Assembly: GCA_964658025.1 (NCBI GenBank)
Contig: CAZZXB010000002.1
Span: 20,064 to 56,627 of the forward strand
DNA: 36,564 nucleotides
Origin: an uncultured Janthinobacterium sp.
GTDB lineage: Bacteria; Vulcanimicrobiota; Vulcanimicrobiia; Vulcanimicrobiales; Vulcanimicrobiaceae
Direction of reading: 5' to 3'
Shown here: positions 17,997 to 27,744 of the stretch, in pieces
Layout: each line of letters begins with the position of its first letter
How positions within the stretch are numbered: the stretch's first letter is position 1
Program-made: the position numbers and the translations under genes
Notes under the pieces: generated by a model
The model's input: the letters and a program-made list of their open reading frames with translations, nothing else
The model's database searches: none
What the model was told of the DNA's origin: nothing

Positions 17997-19483
17997 CGCG
18001 CGAAAAACCAGGCGCGGATCGTCCCGTCGCGCTTCTGTACGGTCGCGACGAGATGCGCGCCCGCCGGCGCCTCCGCGATCTTGCCGAGCACGAGTAACGA
18101 GCCGGGTTGGGCGCACTCCGAGTCGAGGCCCTCGATCGACCGGATCGGATCGCCCGCGAGATAATACTCGATGTCGGCCGGATAATTCCAGCCGTCGAGC
18201 GCGGTGAAACACACGCGCGCGTAGTCCGTCTCGTGCGCGCGGACGTACGCGAAGATATCGCGATCGCCGTAATGGAAGATCTCGGCCGACTCGTCGGGGT
18301 AGAGATCGAAATACACGTGCGCGAACGCGGCAAACTGCATTACGACGACGAGCGCGAGCGCGAGCGATCCGACGGTGCGGACGCGCCGCAGCGCGAGCGA
18401 ACGCGCGCAGAGCGTGTAGGCGGCGTGCAGGCCGACCGCGCAGATGACGCACGCGAGCGGCGCGCCGACGAGCGTTCGGATGAAGTGCGCGCGACCGTCG
18501 TCCGTGAGCGCGCCGCCGAACGGGTAGAGCACGATCCAACTCCACAGCACGATCCGCCGCGGGGCGTTCCCGCGAATGGTGACGGCCGCGACCCCGAGCA
18601 CGAGGAACGGCAACATCCACCAATAGAGGACGCCGAGCGGCGGCCCGTGTTGCAGGTTTCCGTCGCCGAGCGCGAAGAGCGCGTCCGTCGCGAAGTGCAT
18701 GCGGTAGAGATCGAAAAAGACGCCGAGCGTCGTCGGGTTCACGCCCGCGCCGAACGTCGTCTGCGCGGGCCCGCTCGAGAAATACGCCGGATTACGCGAG
18801 AACGCGACGACGAGCGGGGCGACGACGACGGCCGCCGCCACGAATCCGAGCCCGAGCGCGCGCACGCGAGAACGCAACGTCGGCGCGTACGCGACGAGCA
18901 AGGTCGCCCCGAGCCACGCCGCGTCGAACGTTTCGGCACGATACGAATACGCGCCGATCGCGAGGACGACGAAGCCGAGCACGAGCGCGCCGTCGCGTCG
19001 CTCCTCGAGACCGCGCCACAGGAGGGACAAGCCGCCGAGTAAGAACGGCAACGTCGCGGCCGGTTCCCATCCGAGGCGCGCGATCGAGATATCCCACGGT
19101 AAGATCGCCATCGTCGCGGCGCCGAGTACGAACGTCGCGCGCGAACGCTCGAAACGCCACGCGAGCGCCCCCGTGAGTACGGTCGTCGCCACGCCGAGGA
19201 ACGCCGCCGGAACGCGCAAGCTCGCGATCGACGTGCCGAAGAGCGTCGTCGAGAGCACTTCGAAAACCCCGTAGAGCGGGAGATAGAGGACGCGGTAATC
19301 GATGAAGGGCGTCCACGGCGTGCGTCCCGCGAGCATGTCGCGGACGCCGAGATAGCCCGCCATCTCGTCGGGATGGAGCTCCGCGGGAACCGAACCGATG
19401 TTCCATAATCGGACGACCGCGGCGACCGCGACGACGACGTAGAGGATGCGACGCGTCAGAACGTCTGAACGAACGATCGCCAA
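17993..19483 (-). CDS. ArnT/PMT-like glycosyltransferase (GT-C, family 39/83-like)
   Basis: RLWNIG.VP..LHPDE acidic loop, SLRVP.A..G, PW.I..AR and multiple TM segments. The start is inferred at TTG 19483 (GGGGAG 7 nt upstream) or CTG 19459. Confidence 0.85.
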   Translation of the reverse strand: MAIVRSDVLTRRILYVVVAVAAVVRLWNIGSVPAELHPDEMAGYLGVRDMLAGRTPWTPFIDYRVLYLPLYGVFEVLSTTLFGTSIASLRVPAAFLGVATTVLTGALAWRFERSRATFVLGAATMAILPWDISIARLGWEPAATLPFLLGGLSLLWRGLEERRDGALVLGFVVLAIGAYSYRAETFDAAWLGATLLVAYAPTLRSRVRALGLGFVAAAVVVAPLVVAFSRNPAYFSSGPAQTTFGAGVNPTTLGVFFDLYRMHFATDALFALGDGNLQHGPPLGVLYWWMLPFLVLGVAAVTIRGNAPRRIVLWSWIVLYPFGGALTDDGRAHFIRTLVGAPLACVICAVGLHAAYTLCARSLALRRVRTVGSLALALVVVMQFAAFAHVYFDLYPDESAEIFHYGDRDIFAYVRAHETDYARVCFTALDGWNYPADIEYYLAGDPIRSIEGLDSECAQPGSLLVLGKIAEAPAGAHLVATVQKRDGTIRAWFFAR

Positions 19484-20640
19484 TACCACACTCCCCAAAT
19501 GCCCGCGAGGATCGAGATCGCGCAGAGCACGGCCGCCCAACGCGGCAAGCCGTCGCGCGCCGCGATCGCCATCAGCACGAAGAGAAACGGTTCGAAATCG
19601 AGCGCGTGTCGCATCCCGAATTGCGCGTAGCCGTTCGCGTAATAGAACAGCGACGGCCCCGCCGCGAGCGCCGCCCCGAGCCAGAGGATCGCGACGATGC
19701 GGCGCGGTCGGTGCGCGGAGAACGCGAGCACGAGCGCGGGACTCGTCCACACGAGCGCGACGCCCGCCGTCGGCTCCGGTCGCAACCACGGCGGCGCACC
19801 GAGAAACGTCGGCGCCTGCATGACGAACGAATAGAGTTCGTACGGCACGTTGCGCGGCGAGAACGGCGAGCCCGTCGGACTGCCCTGCGCGTCCTGATGG
19901 TAGAACACCGTGTGGCCGCTATCCCACGGCACGCCCCAGCGCGCGAGGTTGTAGGCGACGTACGCGACGACGAAGGGAACGAGCGTCGCCGCGAATCGCG
20001 CGACGGACGCGCGCGCGCCCGCGCGCGTCGTGCCGTCGAGGCGCACGCACGCGAGCGCGACGACCGCGGGCGTCGCGACGACGAGCGTGAACCGCGAGAG
20101 GCACGCGCACGCCCAGAGCACCGCGACGAGCCACGCGCGGCCACGACCGAAACACTCGACGAGCGCGAACATCGCGAAGAACGTCGCCGAGACTTGCGCC
20201 ACGAACCAGACGTCGCCGAGGCTCGCGCACCAGAAGAGATCGGTTCCGAAAAAGACGAACGCGACGAGCCACGCGCGCGCCGCCCGACCGCACCCGAGCC
20301 GACGCGCGAGCACCGCCGCCGCGAACGCCGCGCCCGCCGCGAGGATCGTCCCGAGGATCGTCTGATTCACGTTCGCGTGCCAGATCGCCGCGAACGGAAC
20401 GAGCAAGAGCGCCGGCATCGGATCGTTCACGACGTACCGATGACCGTTCCACAGCACCGCGTCGATGTACGGTCCCGGCCAATCGATCCAGAGCCGCCCG
20501 TGCACCATCGCGTCGGCGAGTAACGAATAATTATCGAACGACGACGCTTTGAAGCGCGATCCGAACGCGAGCGCGACGAGCGCGAGGAGCGCGCAGACGA
20601 TCGGCTCGACGGACGCCCGTGCCGAGCGGATCGCCCTCAC
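19456..20640 (-). CDS. Uncharacterised polytopic membrane protein, GT-C-like (paralogue 2)
   Basis: About 10 TM segments, DNY..LA loop, GDVWF, YN.ARWG, YYANG..QFGMRHALDFEP. Confidence 0.75.
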   Translation of the reverse strand: MRAIRSARASVEPIVCALLALVALAFGSRFKASSFDNYSLLADAMVHGRLWIDWPGPYIDAVLWNGHRYVVNDPMPALLLVPFAAIWHANVNQTILGTILAAGAAFAAAVLARRLGCGRAARAWLVAFVFFGTDLFWCASLGDVWFVAQVSATFFAMFALVECFGRGRAWLVAVLWACACLSRFTLVVATPAVVALACVRLDGTTRAGARASVARFAATLVPFVVAYVAYNLARWGVPWDSGHTVFYHQDAQGSPTGSPFSPRNVPYELYSFVMQAPTFLGAPPWLRPEPTAGVALVWTSPALVLAFSAHRPRRIVAILWLGAALAAGPSLFYYANGYAQFGMRHALDFEPFLFVLMAIAARDGLPRWAAVLCAISILAGIWGVWYWRSFVQTF

Positions 20641-20644
20641 GCGC

Positions 20645-21868
20645 TCACCACGAACCCTTGGCGAGCAGGCGGATGTAGTGATCCCAGAACCAGATGCCCC
20701 AAAAGCCGACCGCGACGGAGTAGACGATCGCGACGACCGCGAGCCACGAGAACGACTTCCGCGCGGCGTACGCCATCAGCAGAAAGAGGAACGGTTCGAA
20801 GTCGAGCGCGTGGCGCATGCCGAATTGCGACGTGCCGTTCGCGTAGTAGAGGATCGACGGCGCCGCGACGAGCAGCGTCGCGACCCAGAGCGCGGCGACG
20901 GTCCGCCGCGGACGATCGGCGAAAAACGCGAGCGCGAGCGCGGGGCTCGTGAACGGTAACGACAGACCGTAGCGGTCGACCGCGACGTACGGAAATCGGT
21001 CGTAGAACGCCGGCGCCCGCACGAAGAACGAGTAGAGCTCGTCCGGGACGTAACCGAGGCGGAACGGCGATCCCGTCGGTTGGCCGATGTCGTCGTGATG
21101 GTACCAGAGCGTGTAGCCGATGTCGCTCGGCACGCCCCAGCGCGCGAAGTTGTACCCGACGTGCGCGCACGCGACCGGGACGAGGACGCCCGCGAATGCG
21201 AGCGCGTTTCGCGCCCGCGTCCGCGGTTCGTCGAGCGCGAGCAGTAACGCCGCGTACGCGGGGACCGCGAGCACGAGGCTGAAGCGCGATTCGAACGCCG
21301 CCGCGGCGAAGAGCGCGACGAGCCAGCCGCGTCGCGCGCCGATGACCTCGCGCAGCGCGAGCAGCGTGAACGCGACCGACGCGACGTGCGCGAGGAACCA
21401 CACGTCGCCGTAGAGCGCGCACCACGCGAGATCGGTGCCCCACACGAAAAAGATCGCGAGCAGGGCCGTCCGACCGCGCGAGAGTCCGAGCGTCCGGCAG
21501 ATATCCCACGCCACCGCCGCCGCGAGCCCCGCGAGAGCGACCGCGAGAAACGTCTGATTCGCCGCGTATCCGAACGCCGCGACGAACGGCATCATCAGGA
21601 TGCCCGGGAACGGCGCTTCGATCATGTAGTAACGACCGCCGAACGCCTGCGCGTCGATGTACGCGCCCGGGATCGACACCCAGACGTGCCCTTGGAGAAA
21701 CGCCCGCGCGAGGATCGAATAGTTGTCGTAGACGGTCGAGGCGAAGTGATTCTGGAGCAGGCACGTCACCGCGACGAAGGCACCGAACGCGAGGCCCTCG
21801 AGCCAATAGGGAAGGCTCGTCCCGGACGAAGTCGCTTCGTGGGTCGCGGATGGCGCGGCGGCGATCAT
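20645..21868 (-). CDS. Uncharacterised polytopic membrane protein, GT-C-like (paralogue 1)
   Basis: Same motifs as 19456-20640. Start ATG at 21868; the ORF-track extension overlaps serA. Confidence 0.75.
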   Translation of the reverse strand: MIAAAPSATHEATSSGTSLPYWLEGLAFGAFVAVTCLLQNHFASTVYDNYSILARAFLQGHVWVSIPGAYIDAQAFGGRYYMIEAPFPGILMMPFVAAFGYAANQTFLAVALAGLAAAVAWDICRTLGLSRGRTALLAIFFVWGTDLAWCALYGDVWFLAHVASVAFTLLALREVIGARRGWLVALFAAAAFESRFSLVLAVPAYAALLLALDEPRTRARNALAFAGVLVPVACAHVGYNFARWGVPSDIGYTLWYHHDDIGQPTGSPFRLGYVPDELYSFFVRAPAFYDRFPYVAVDRYGLSLPFTSPALALAFFADRPRRTVAALWVATLLVAAPSILYYANGTSQFGMRHALDFEPFLFLLMAYAARKSFSWLAVVAIVYSVAVGFWGIWFWDHYIRLLAKGSW

Positions 21869-21879
21869 TGGGCCCTGGT

Positions 21880-21903
21880 ATTCCGCGTGCCGGAGCGAAA
21901 TCC
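21880..21903 (-). promoter_or_regulatory. SigH-like promoter candidate GGATTT-N14-GAAT
   Basis: Resembles B. subtilis sigmaH geometry (AGGA.../GAAT). The ATG is 11 nt downstream and there is no SD. Confidence 0.4.
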
Positions 21904-22007
21904 GGGGGTCGCGAACCGTAACGCTTCGCCCGCCACGCGGGTTCGAAGTCGAAACGGCAAACGTCGAAAGCGAGACCGCCACGCTTCCCCAGAAAACGAC
22001 CCGCGTC

Positions 22008-23576
22008 GTGATCGCGGAGCCCTTCTCCGAGACCGGGATCGACGTCTTGCGCGACGCCGGCATCGAGGTCGTCTCCGCCGTCGGGAAGTCGTCGGCCGAT
22101 CTGCGCGCCGCCCTCGCCGACGCCGACGGGCTGATCGTCCGTTCCGAGACGCGCGTCGATCGGGCGCTCCTCGCGAGCGGTCCGCGGCTCGCGGTCGTCG
22201 CGCGCGCGGGCGTCGGCGTCGATGCGATCGACGTCCCCGCCGCGACCGACGCCGGGATCGTCGTGCTCAACACGCCCGGCGCGAACACGCTCGCGGCGAC
22301 CGAGCAGACGTTCGCGCTCATGCTCTCGCTCGTGCGCCACGTGCCGAGCGCCGTCGCCTCGATCCGCGCGGGCCGCTGGGAGCGCAAGCCCTTCATCGGG
22401 ACGGAACTCCACGGTAAGACGCTCGGGATCGTCGGGCTCGGCCGCATCGGCGGCGCCGTCGCACTTCGCGCGGCGGCGTTCGGCATGCGGCTCGTCGCGA
22501 GCGATCCGTTCATCTCCGGCGCCCGCGCGGAGGCGCTCGGCGCGGAGTTGCTTCCGCTCGACGATCTGCTCGCGCGCGCCGACATCGTGACGCTCCACGT
22601 GCCGCTCGGACCGCAGACGCGCGGGATGATCGGACGCTCCGAACTCGCGCGGATGCGCCCGCACGCGCTCATCGTGAACTGCGCGCGCGGCGGCGTGATC
22701 GAAGAGACGGCCCTCTACGAAGCGCTCGAAGCGAAGGCGATCCGCGGCGCCGCGATCGACGTCGTCGCCGAGGAACCGCCGCCGCCGGACGGCACGGGCG
22801 CCCGGCTCCACCGCCATCCGCTCGTCATCGCGACGCCGCATCTCGGCGGCTCGACCGTCGAAGCGCTCGAGCGCATCGCGATCGAACTCGCGCAGGACGT
22901 CGCGAGCGTGTTACTCGGCGGTCCCGCGGCCGCGGCCGTGAACGCGCCCATCGCGGACGGCCCCGATGCCGACGTGCTGCGGCCGTTCGTCGAGCTCGCG
23001 TATCGCATGGGCCGGCTCTATCCGCAACTCGCCCACGGCACGGCGCTCCCGCCCTTCGCGATGGTGATGGAAGGCCAGATCGCGCCGCTCGATTCCGCGC
23101 CCGTCTCGACCGCGTTCCTCTCCGGACTCTTACAGCAGACGACCGATCGCCGCGTCTCGATCGTGAACGCGCGCGCGATCGCGAGCGAACTCGGCGTCCG
23201 CGTCGACGTGCGCGGCGACGATCGCGCGAACGCGTTCGCCGCGAGCCTGCGCGTGACGGGCGGCGCGACGACGATCGTCGGCACGCACGCCTACGGCGGC
23301 CCGCGCCTCGTCTCGATCGACGGGTACGCGATCGACGCGATCCCCGAAGGCGCGATGCTCTTCACCTATCACAACGACGTGCCGGGGATGATCGGCAAGG
23401 TCGGCACGATCCTCGGCGAGTCGGGCGTGAACATCTCGGCGATGCAAGTCTCGCGCCAGGACGCCGGCGGCGACGCGATCATGATCCTCTCGACCGATCG
23501 GCCGCCGGAAGCGGAGACGATCGAACGGATCCGCGCGATCGCCGGAATCCGAGACGTGCGCGCGCTCGCGCTGTGA
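22008..23576 (+). CDS. serA: D-3-phosphoglycerate dehydrogenase (long form with ASB and ACT domains)
   Basis: RAGVGVD, GIVGLGRIG, NCARGG, TPHLGGST and ACT HNDVPGMIGKVG. The start is uncertain. Confidence 0.96.
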   Translation: MIAEPFSETGIDVLRDAGIEVVSAVGKSSADLRAALADADGLIVRSETRVDRALLASGPRLAVVARAGVGVDAIDVPAATDAGIVVLNTPGANTLAATEQTFALMLSLVRHVPSAVASIRAGRWERKPFIGTELHGKTLGIVGLGRIGGAVALRAAAFGMRLVASDPFISGARAEALGAELLPLDDLLARADIVTLHVPLGPQTRGMIGRSELARMRPHALIVNCARGGVIEETALYEALEAKAIRGAAIDVVAEEPPPPDGTGARLHRHPLVIATPHLGGSTVEALERIAIELAQDVASVLLGGPAAAAVNAPIADGPDADVLRPFVELAYRMGRLYPQLAHGTALPPFAMVMEGQIAPLDSAPVSTAFLSGLLQQTTDRRVSIVNARAIASELGVRVDVRGDDRANAFAASLRVTGGATTIVGTHAYGGPRLVSIDGYAIDAIPEGAMLFTYHNDVPGMIGKVGTILGESGVNISAMQVSRQDAGGDAIMILSTDRPPEAETIERIRAIAGIRDVRALAL

Positions 23577-23589
23577 TCGCCCGCGCAGC

Positions 23590-24234
23590 ATGATCTGGCT
23601 CGCGCGACACGGCGAGACCACCTGGAATCTCGCCGGTCGCTATCAGGGCCGCCTCGAATCCGCGCTCACGTCGCTCGGAGCGGCGCAGGCCGCCGCGCTC
23701 GCCGAGTATTTTTATGCGCGGATGATCGCGGGCGAACGCGTGCCGACGCGCGTCGTCTCGTCGCCGTTATTGCGTTGCACCGCGACCGCGTTGTTCGTCG
23801 CGCACAAACTCGGCATCGAACCCGAAACCGACGACCGCCTGATCGAGATCGGCCACGGCACGTGGGAAGGCCGCTATCGCGACGAGATCGCGGCTAGCGA
23901 TCCCGAGCGCTACCGCACGTGGCGCGAACGTCCGGCCGAGGTCGCCTTCGACGGCGGCGAGACGCTCGCGGACGTCCTCGCACGTTGGCACGTCGTCGCG
24001 CGCGAGCTCGCACGCGCGGACGTCGACGCACTCGTCGTCTCCCACGACGCCGTCGTCCGCTGCGCGCTCCTCGACGCGACGGACCGCCCGCTCGACGACT
24101 TCTGGAAGGTCCGCGCCGAAAACGCCGCCTTCGCGACGTTCGCCCCGTTCGACGGACGCCTCGATCTCATCGAGGAATGCCACGTCGACCATCTCCGCGA
24201 GCTGCGCGCGGACGTGGCGACGCAGGCGCTCTAA
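23590..24234 (+). CDS. Histidine phosphatase family protein, probable metal-independent phosphoserine phosphatase (PspA/iPSP type)
   Basis: RHGET.WN..GRYQG, SSPL.R, EIGHG.WEG, GGE, VSH. It lies 13 nt after serA. Confidence 0.85.
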   Translation: MIWLARHGETTWNLAGRYQGRLESALTSLGAAQAAALAEYFYARMIAGERVPTRVVSSPLLRCTATALFVAHKLGIEPETDDRLIEIGHGTWEGRYRDEIAASDPERYRTWRERPAEVAFDGGETLADVLARWHVVARELARADVDALVVSHDAVVRCALLDATDRPLDDFWKVRAENAAFATFAPFDGRLDLIEECHVDHLRELRADVATQAL

Positions 24235-24241
24235 CGGCCGA

Positions 24242-25075
24242 CTACGGCGGGGCGTTCGCCGGATCGCTCGCGGACTCGTTCGATTCGCCTTGCGCGGACG
24301 GCGTTTCGACGACGAGCGGCGCGAGCGCGCGGGGGCTCGAGAACGTCGACGGCGGGAGCGCGATCGGAAACTGATAGTTCGACCACGCGATGCGCTCGCG
24401 CGCGGTCTTGCCGTTCGCGAGCGCGACGTTGACCACGGCTTCGCGCACGAGCCAATACCGATCCGAACGAGCGTAGCGGATCTCGCCTCGGCCGCGCGCG
24501 CCCTTCCCCGAAACGCGAAAGAGCATCCGCGTCGGAAGGAACGATGCCCCGTCGATCGTGATCTCGTCGATCGAGAACGGCGCGATGCCGAGCGGAGCCG
24601 TTCGGAACACGTAGCCGCGCGCGCCGCCCGTTACGACCGACCGCACGAAACGGAACGCGTACGACGAGGGCTTCGGCGCGAACGCGCGCACGTCGTAGCG
24701 GTCGACGCGATTCGCGAGCACGCGGATCGAACGGCGCTTGAGCGTGTACCCGTCGACCGTGAGCGTCTCGTCCCGTTCGCGTTTCCCGCTTCGATACACG
24801 AGATGCGTCTGCACGAGATCGTGCGCGCCGAGTTGTTCCACCGCGTACGCGAACGACACGTTCTTCGGCTGCGGGAGCCGCGCGAGCGCCGCCGCATAGC
24901 GCTCGAGCACGCGACCCGGCGCGACGGCGACGGGGTCGCGCGCCGCGGCCTTCGCGATCGGCACGCGTTCGACGCGCGCGCCCTCCGGCGCCGCGGCGCG
25001 CGCGTCGCGATTACCGAAAGCGGCGACGAGCGATACGGATGCGAGCGCGAACCGAGCGGTTCGGCCGAGCGTCAT
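24242..25075 (-). CDS. Hypothetical secreted beta-rich protein
   Basis: Signal-peptide-like N-terminus (..ARAA), ATGA overlap with the alaS stop, and it fills the gap exactly. Confidence 0.7.
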   Translation of the reverse strand: MTLGRTARFALASVSLVAAFGNRDARAAAPEGARVERVPIAKAAARDPVAVAPGRVLERYAAALARLPQPKNVSFAYAVEQLGAHDLVQTHLVYRSGKRERDETLTVDGYTLKRRSIRVLANRVDRYDVRAFAPKPSSYAFRFVRSVVTGGARGYVFRTAPLGIAPFSIDEITIDGASFLPTRMLFRVSGKGARGRGEIRYARSDRYWLVREAVVNVALANGKTARERIAWSNYQFPIALPPSTFSSPRALAPLVVETPSAQGESNESASDPANAPP

Positions 25076-27708
25076 CCCGCGAGCGCGCTACGGATCGCGT
25101 CGAGCGCCGCGGAGGCGCCGCCCGGTTCTTTGCCGCCGCCCTGCGCGTGCGTCGCCTGACCGCCGCCGCGTCCGCCGACGAACGGCGCCGCGACCTTGAG
25201 CAGGTTGCCCGCGTGCGCGCCCGCCGCCACGGCGTCCGCGCTCGCGGTCACGAGGAGCGACGCGGAATCGCCGTCGACGCCGACGAGCGCCACGACGCCC
25301 TTGGGGAAACGCTGCCGGATCGCGTCGCCGAGTTGCTTCAGCGCCGTAGCGTTCGCCTCGCGGACGACCGAGGCGACGAGCGGCGTCGCGCCGACGGTCT
25401 CGGCGCGTTCGACGTACGTCGCGGCGTCGGCCGAGGCGAGTCGCGCCGCGATCCCCGCGAGCGACTTCTGCATGTCGCGCACCTCGTGTTGGAGGCGTTC
25501 GACGCGCGTCGCGATCTCGGCGGGTTTGGTCGCGAGGCTCTCCGCGAGCGTGCCGACGAGTTCTTGTTGGTCGAGCGCGAACGTCTCGGCCGCCTCCGAC
25601 ACGACGGCTTCGATGCGCCGCACGCCGCTCCCGATCGACGATTCGCTGAGCATCAGGAACAAGCCGAGTTCGCCCGTCGTGAACGCGTGCGTGCCGCCGC
25701 AGAACTCGACCGAAGGCCCGAAGTGGACGACGCGCACGCGCTCGCCGTAATGCTCCCCCGCCATCGAGATCGCGCCCGACGCCGTCGCCTCCGCGGGCGT
25801 CATCTCGTGCATCACCTGATGGTGATCGTCGCGGATCATCGCGTTGACGCGCGCCACGACGTCGCGGCGCTGCGCGGGCGAGAGCGCGCCCACGGGCGAG
25901 CGGAAGTCGAAACGCATCCGATCGACGCCGACCCACGAGCCCGCCTGCGAGACCTCGTCGCCGAGCACGTCCTTGAGCGCGCGTTGCAGTAAGTGCGCGC
26001 TCGTGTGGTGGCGCCGGATCTCCCGACGCCACGCCGCGTCGACCGCGGCGTGGATCGTGTCGCCGACGCGCACGGAGCCCGTGCGGAGCGTCCCGCGATG
26101 CGCGATCGCATCGCCTTGGAATTGCGTATCGCTCACGACGAACGTGGCGCTACGGCCGTCGTCCGCGAGCAGCGCGAGCGTGCCGCGGTCGCCGAGTTGC
26201 CCGCCCTTCTCCGCGTAGAACGGCGTGCGATCGAGCACGATCGTCGCCTCGGCGCCCGCTTCGATCGCCGTAACGCGTGCCCCCGACGCGTCGAGGAGCG
26301 CTTCCACGCGACCGTCCGCCTCGAGCGTCTCGTATCCGAGGAACTCCGACTTGCGCAGGACCGTCGCGTCGGTCGCGACCGTCACGACGCCGCGCTTCTT
26401 GCGTGCGTCCTCGCGCGCGCGGTCGCGCTGCCCGTTCATCGCGCGCTCGAACCCCGCGACGTCGATCCCGACGCCTTCCTCGGCCGCGATCTCGCGCGTG
26501 AGTTCCGACGGAAAACCGTACGTGTCGTGGAGCGCGAAGACGTCGTCGCCCGCGAGCGCGACGCCGTCCGCCTTGGCGCGACGCGTGAGCTGCGCGAGCA
26601 TCTCGCTCCCGCGTTCGAGCGTGCGGTTGAACGCGATCTCCTCGCTGCCGAGCGCCGCCTCGACGCGCGGGATCGCGGCGGGAAGCTCGGGATAGCCGGG
26701 CGCGAGCGTCGCGACGACGGTCGGCACGAGCTTCGTGAGAAACCCGTTCGGATAACCGAGTAACCGGCCGTTGCGAATCGCGCGCCGGATGAGGAAGCGC
26801 AGGACGTACCCGCGATCGGTGTTCGAGGGATACACGCCGTCGGCGATGAGGAACGTGACCGCGCGCGCGTGATCGGCGACGATATTCCGTCGCACGATCG
26901 CTTCGCTCGCCGAGAACGACGTCGGCCCGACGGGCGGTTGCGCGGCGACGACGTCGGCGAAGATGTCCGTCTCGTACATCGAGGCCTTGCCGTTCGCCAC
27001 GGCGAGCAAGCGCTCGAACCCCGCGCCCGTATCGATATTCTTCGATCGCAGTTCTTCGAGTGTGCCGTCGGCCGAGCGGTTGTACTGCTGGAAGACGAGA
27101 TTCCAGATCTCGACGTACCGATCGCCGAGGTTCGGGCCCGTGTCTCCCGGACCCGACGCGTGCTCGATCCCGGTATCGTAGAAGATCTCGCTCGAGGGAC
27201 CGCACGGGCCGGTCGCACCCATGGTCCAAAAATTATCGGCGTCGAAGCGCGTGATCCGCTCGCTCGCGATGCCGACCTCGCGCTCCCAGATCGCTTGGGC
27301 GTCGTCGTCGGAGGTGTGGACCGTGACGTAGAGCTTGCTCGGATCGAGCCCGAGCGTTTTCGTGAGATACTCCCACGCCCACGCGATCGCGTCGCGTTTG
27401 TAGTAATCGCCGAACGAAAAGTTTCCGAGCATCTCGAGAAAGGTTCCGTGGCGACCCGTCCGGCCGACGTTCTCGATATCGGATTTCGCACCCGCGACGC
27501 GCAGGCAACGCTGGACGGTCACGGCGCGCGGGCCCGGGGGCGAGGCCTCGCCGAGGAACGCCGGAACGAACTGTTCCATCCCCGCGATCGTGAACAGCGT
27601 CGTCGAGAGTTCGTGCGGCACGAGCGACGCGGAAGGCGCGTGAACGTGCCCCCGAGACGCAAAAAAATCGACGAACGAACGTCGGAGTTCCTGACCCGAA
27701 AACTTCAT
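25072..27708 (-). CDS. alaS: Alanine--tRNA ligase
   Basis: LFTIAGM.QF, HGTFLEMLGNFSFGDY, IDTGAGFER, editing HxxxH (HTSAH) and CGGTH, C-terminal GRGGG. Confidence 0.98.
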   Translation of the reverse strand: MKFSGQELRRSFVDFFASRGHVHAPSASLVPHELSTTLFTIAGMEQFVPAFLGEASPPGPRAVTVQRCLRVAGAKSDIENVGRTGRHGTFLEMLGNFSFGDYYKRDAIAWAWEYLTKTLGLDPSKLYVTVHTSDDDAQAIWEREVGIASERITRFDADNFWTMGATGPCGPSSEIFYDTGIEHASGPGDTGPNLGDRYVEIWNLVFQQYNRSADGTLEELRSKNIDTGAGFERLLAVANGKASMYETDIFADVVAAQPPVGPTSFSASEAIVRRNIVADHARAVTFLIADGVYPSNTDRGYVLRFLIRRAIRNGRLLGYPNGFLTKLVPTVVATLAPGYPELPAAIPRVEAALGSEEIAFNRTLERGSEMLAQLTRRAKADGVALAGDDVFALHDTYGFPSELTREIAAEEGVGIDVAGFERAMNGQRDRAREDARKKRGVVTVATDATVLRKSEFLGYETLEADGRVEALLDASGARVTAIEAGAEATIVLDRTPFYAEKGGQLGDRGTLALLADDGRSATFVVSDTQFQGDAIAHRGTLRTGSVRVGDTIHAAVDAAWRREIRRHHTSAHLLQRALKDVLGDEVSQAGSWVGVDRMRFDFRSPVGALSPAQRRDVVARVNAMIRDDHHQVMHEMTPAEATASGAISMAGEHYGERVRVVHFGPSVEFCGGTHAFTTGELGLFLMLSESSIGSGVRRIEAVVSEAAETFALDQQELVGTLAESLATKPAEIATRVERLQHEVRDMQKSLAGIAARLASADAATYVERAETVGATPLVASVVREANATALKQLGDAIRQRFPKGVVALVGVDGDSASLLVTASADAVAAGAHAGNLLKVAAPFVGGRGGGQATHAQGGGKEPGGASAALDAIRSALAG

Positions 27709-27744
27709 GACGACGTCTATTTTCCGGCTATCACCGGAATGGGC

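Noticed and set aside
27722..27739. Hairpin as an intrinsic terminator
   Set aside because: It has a 6-bp stem with no downstream U-tract on either strand.
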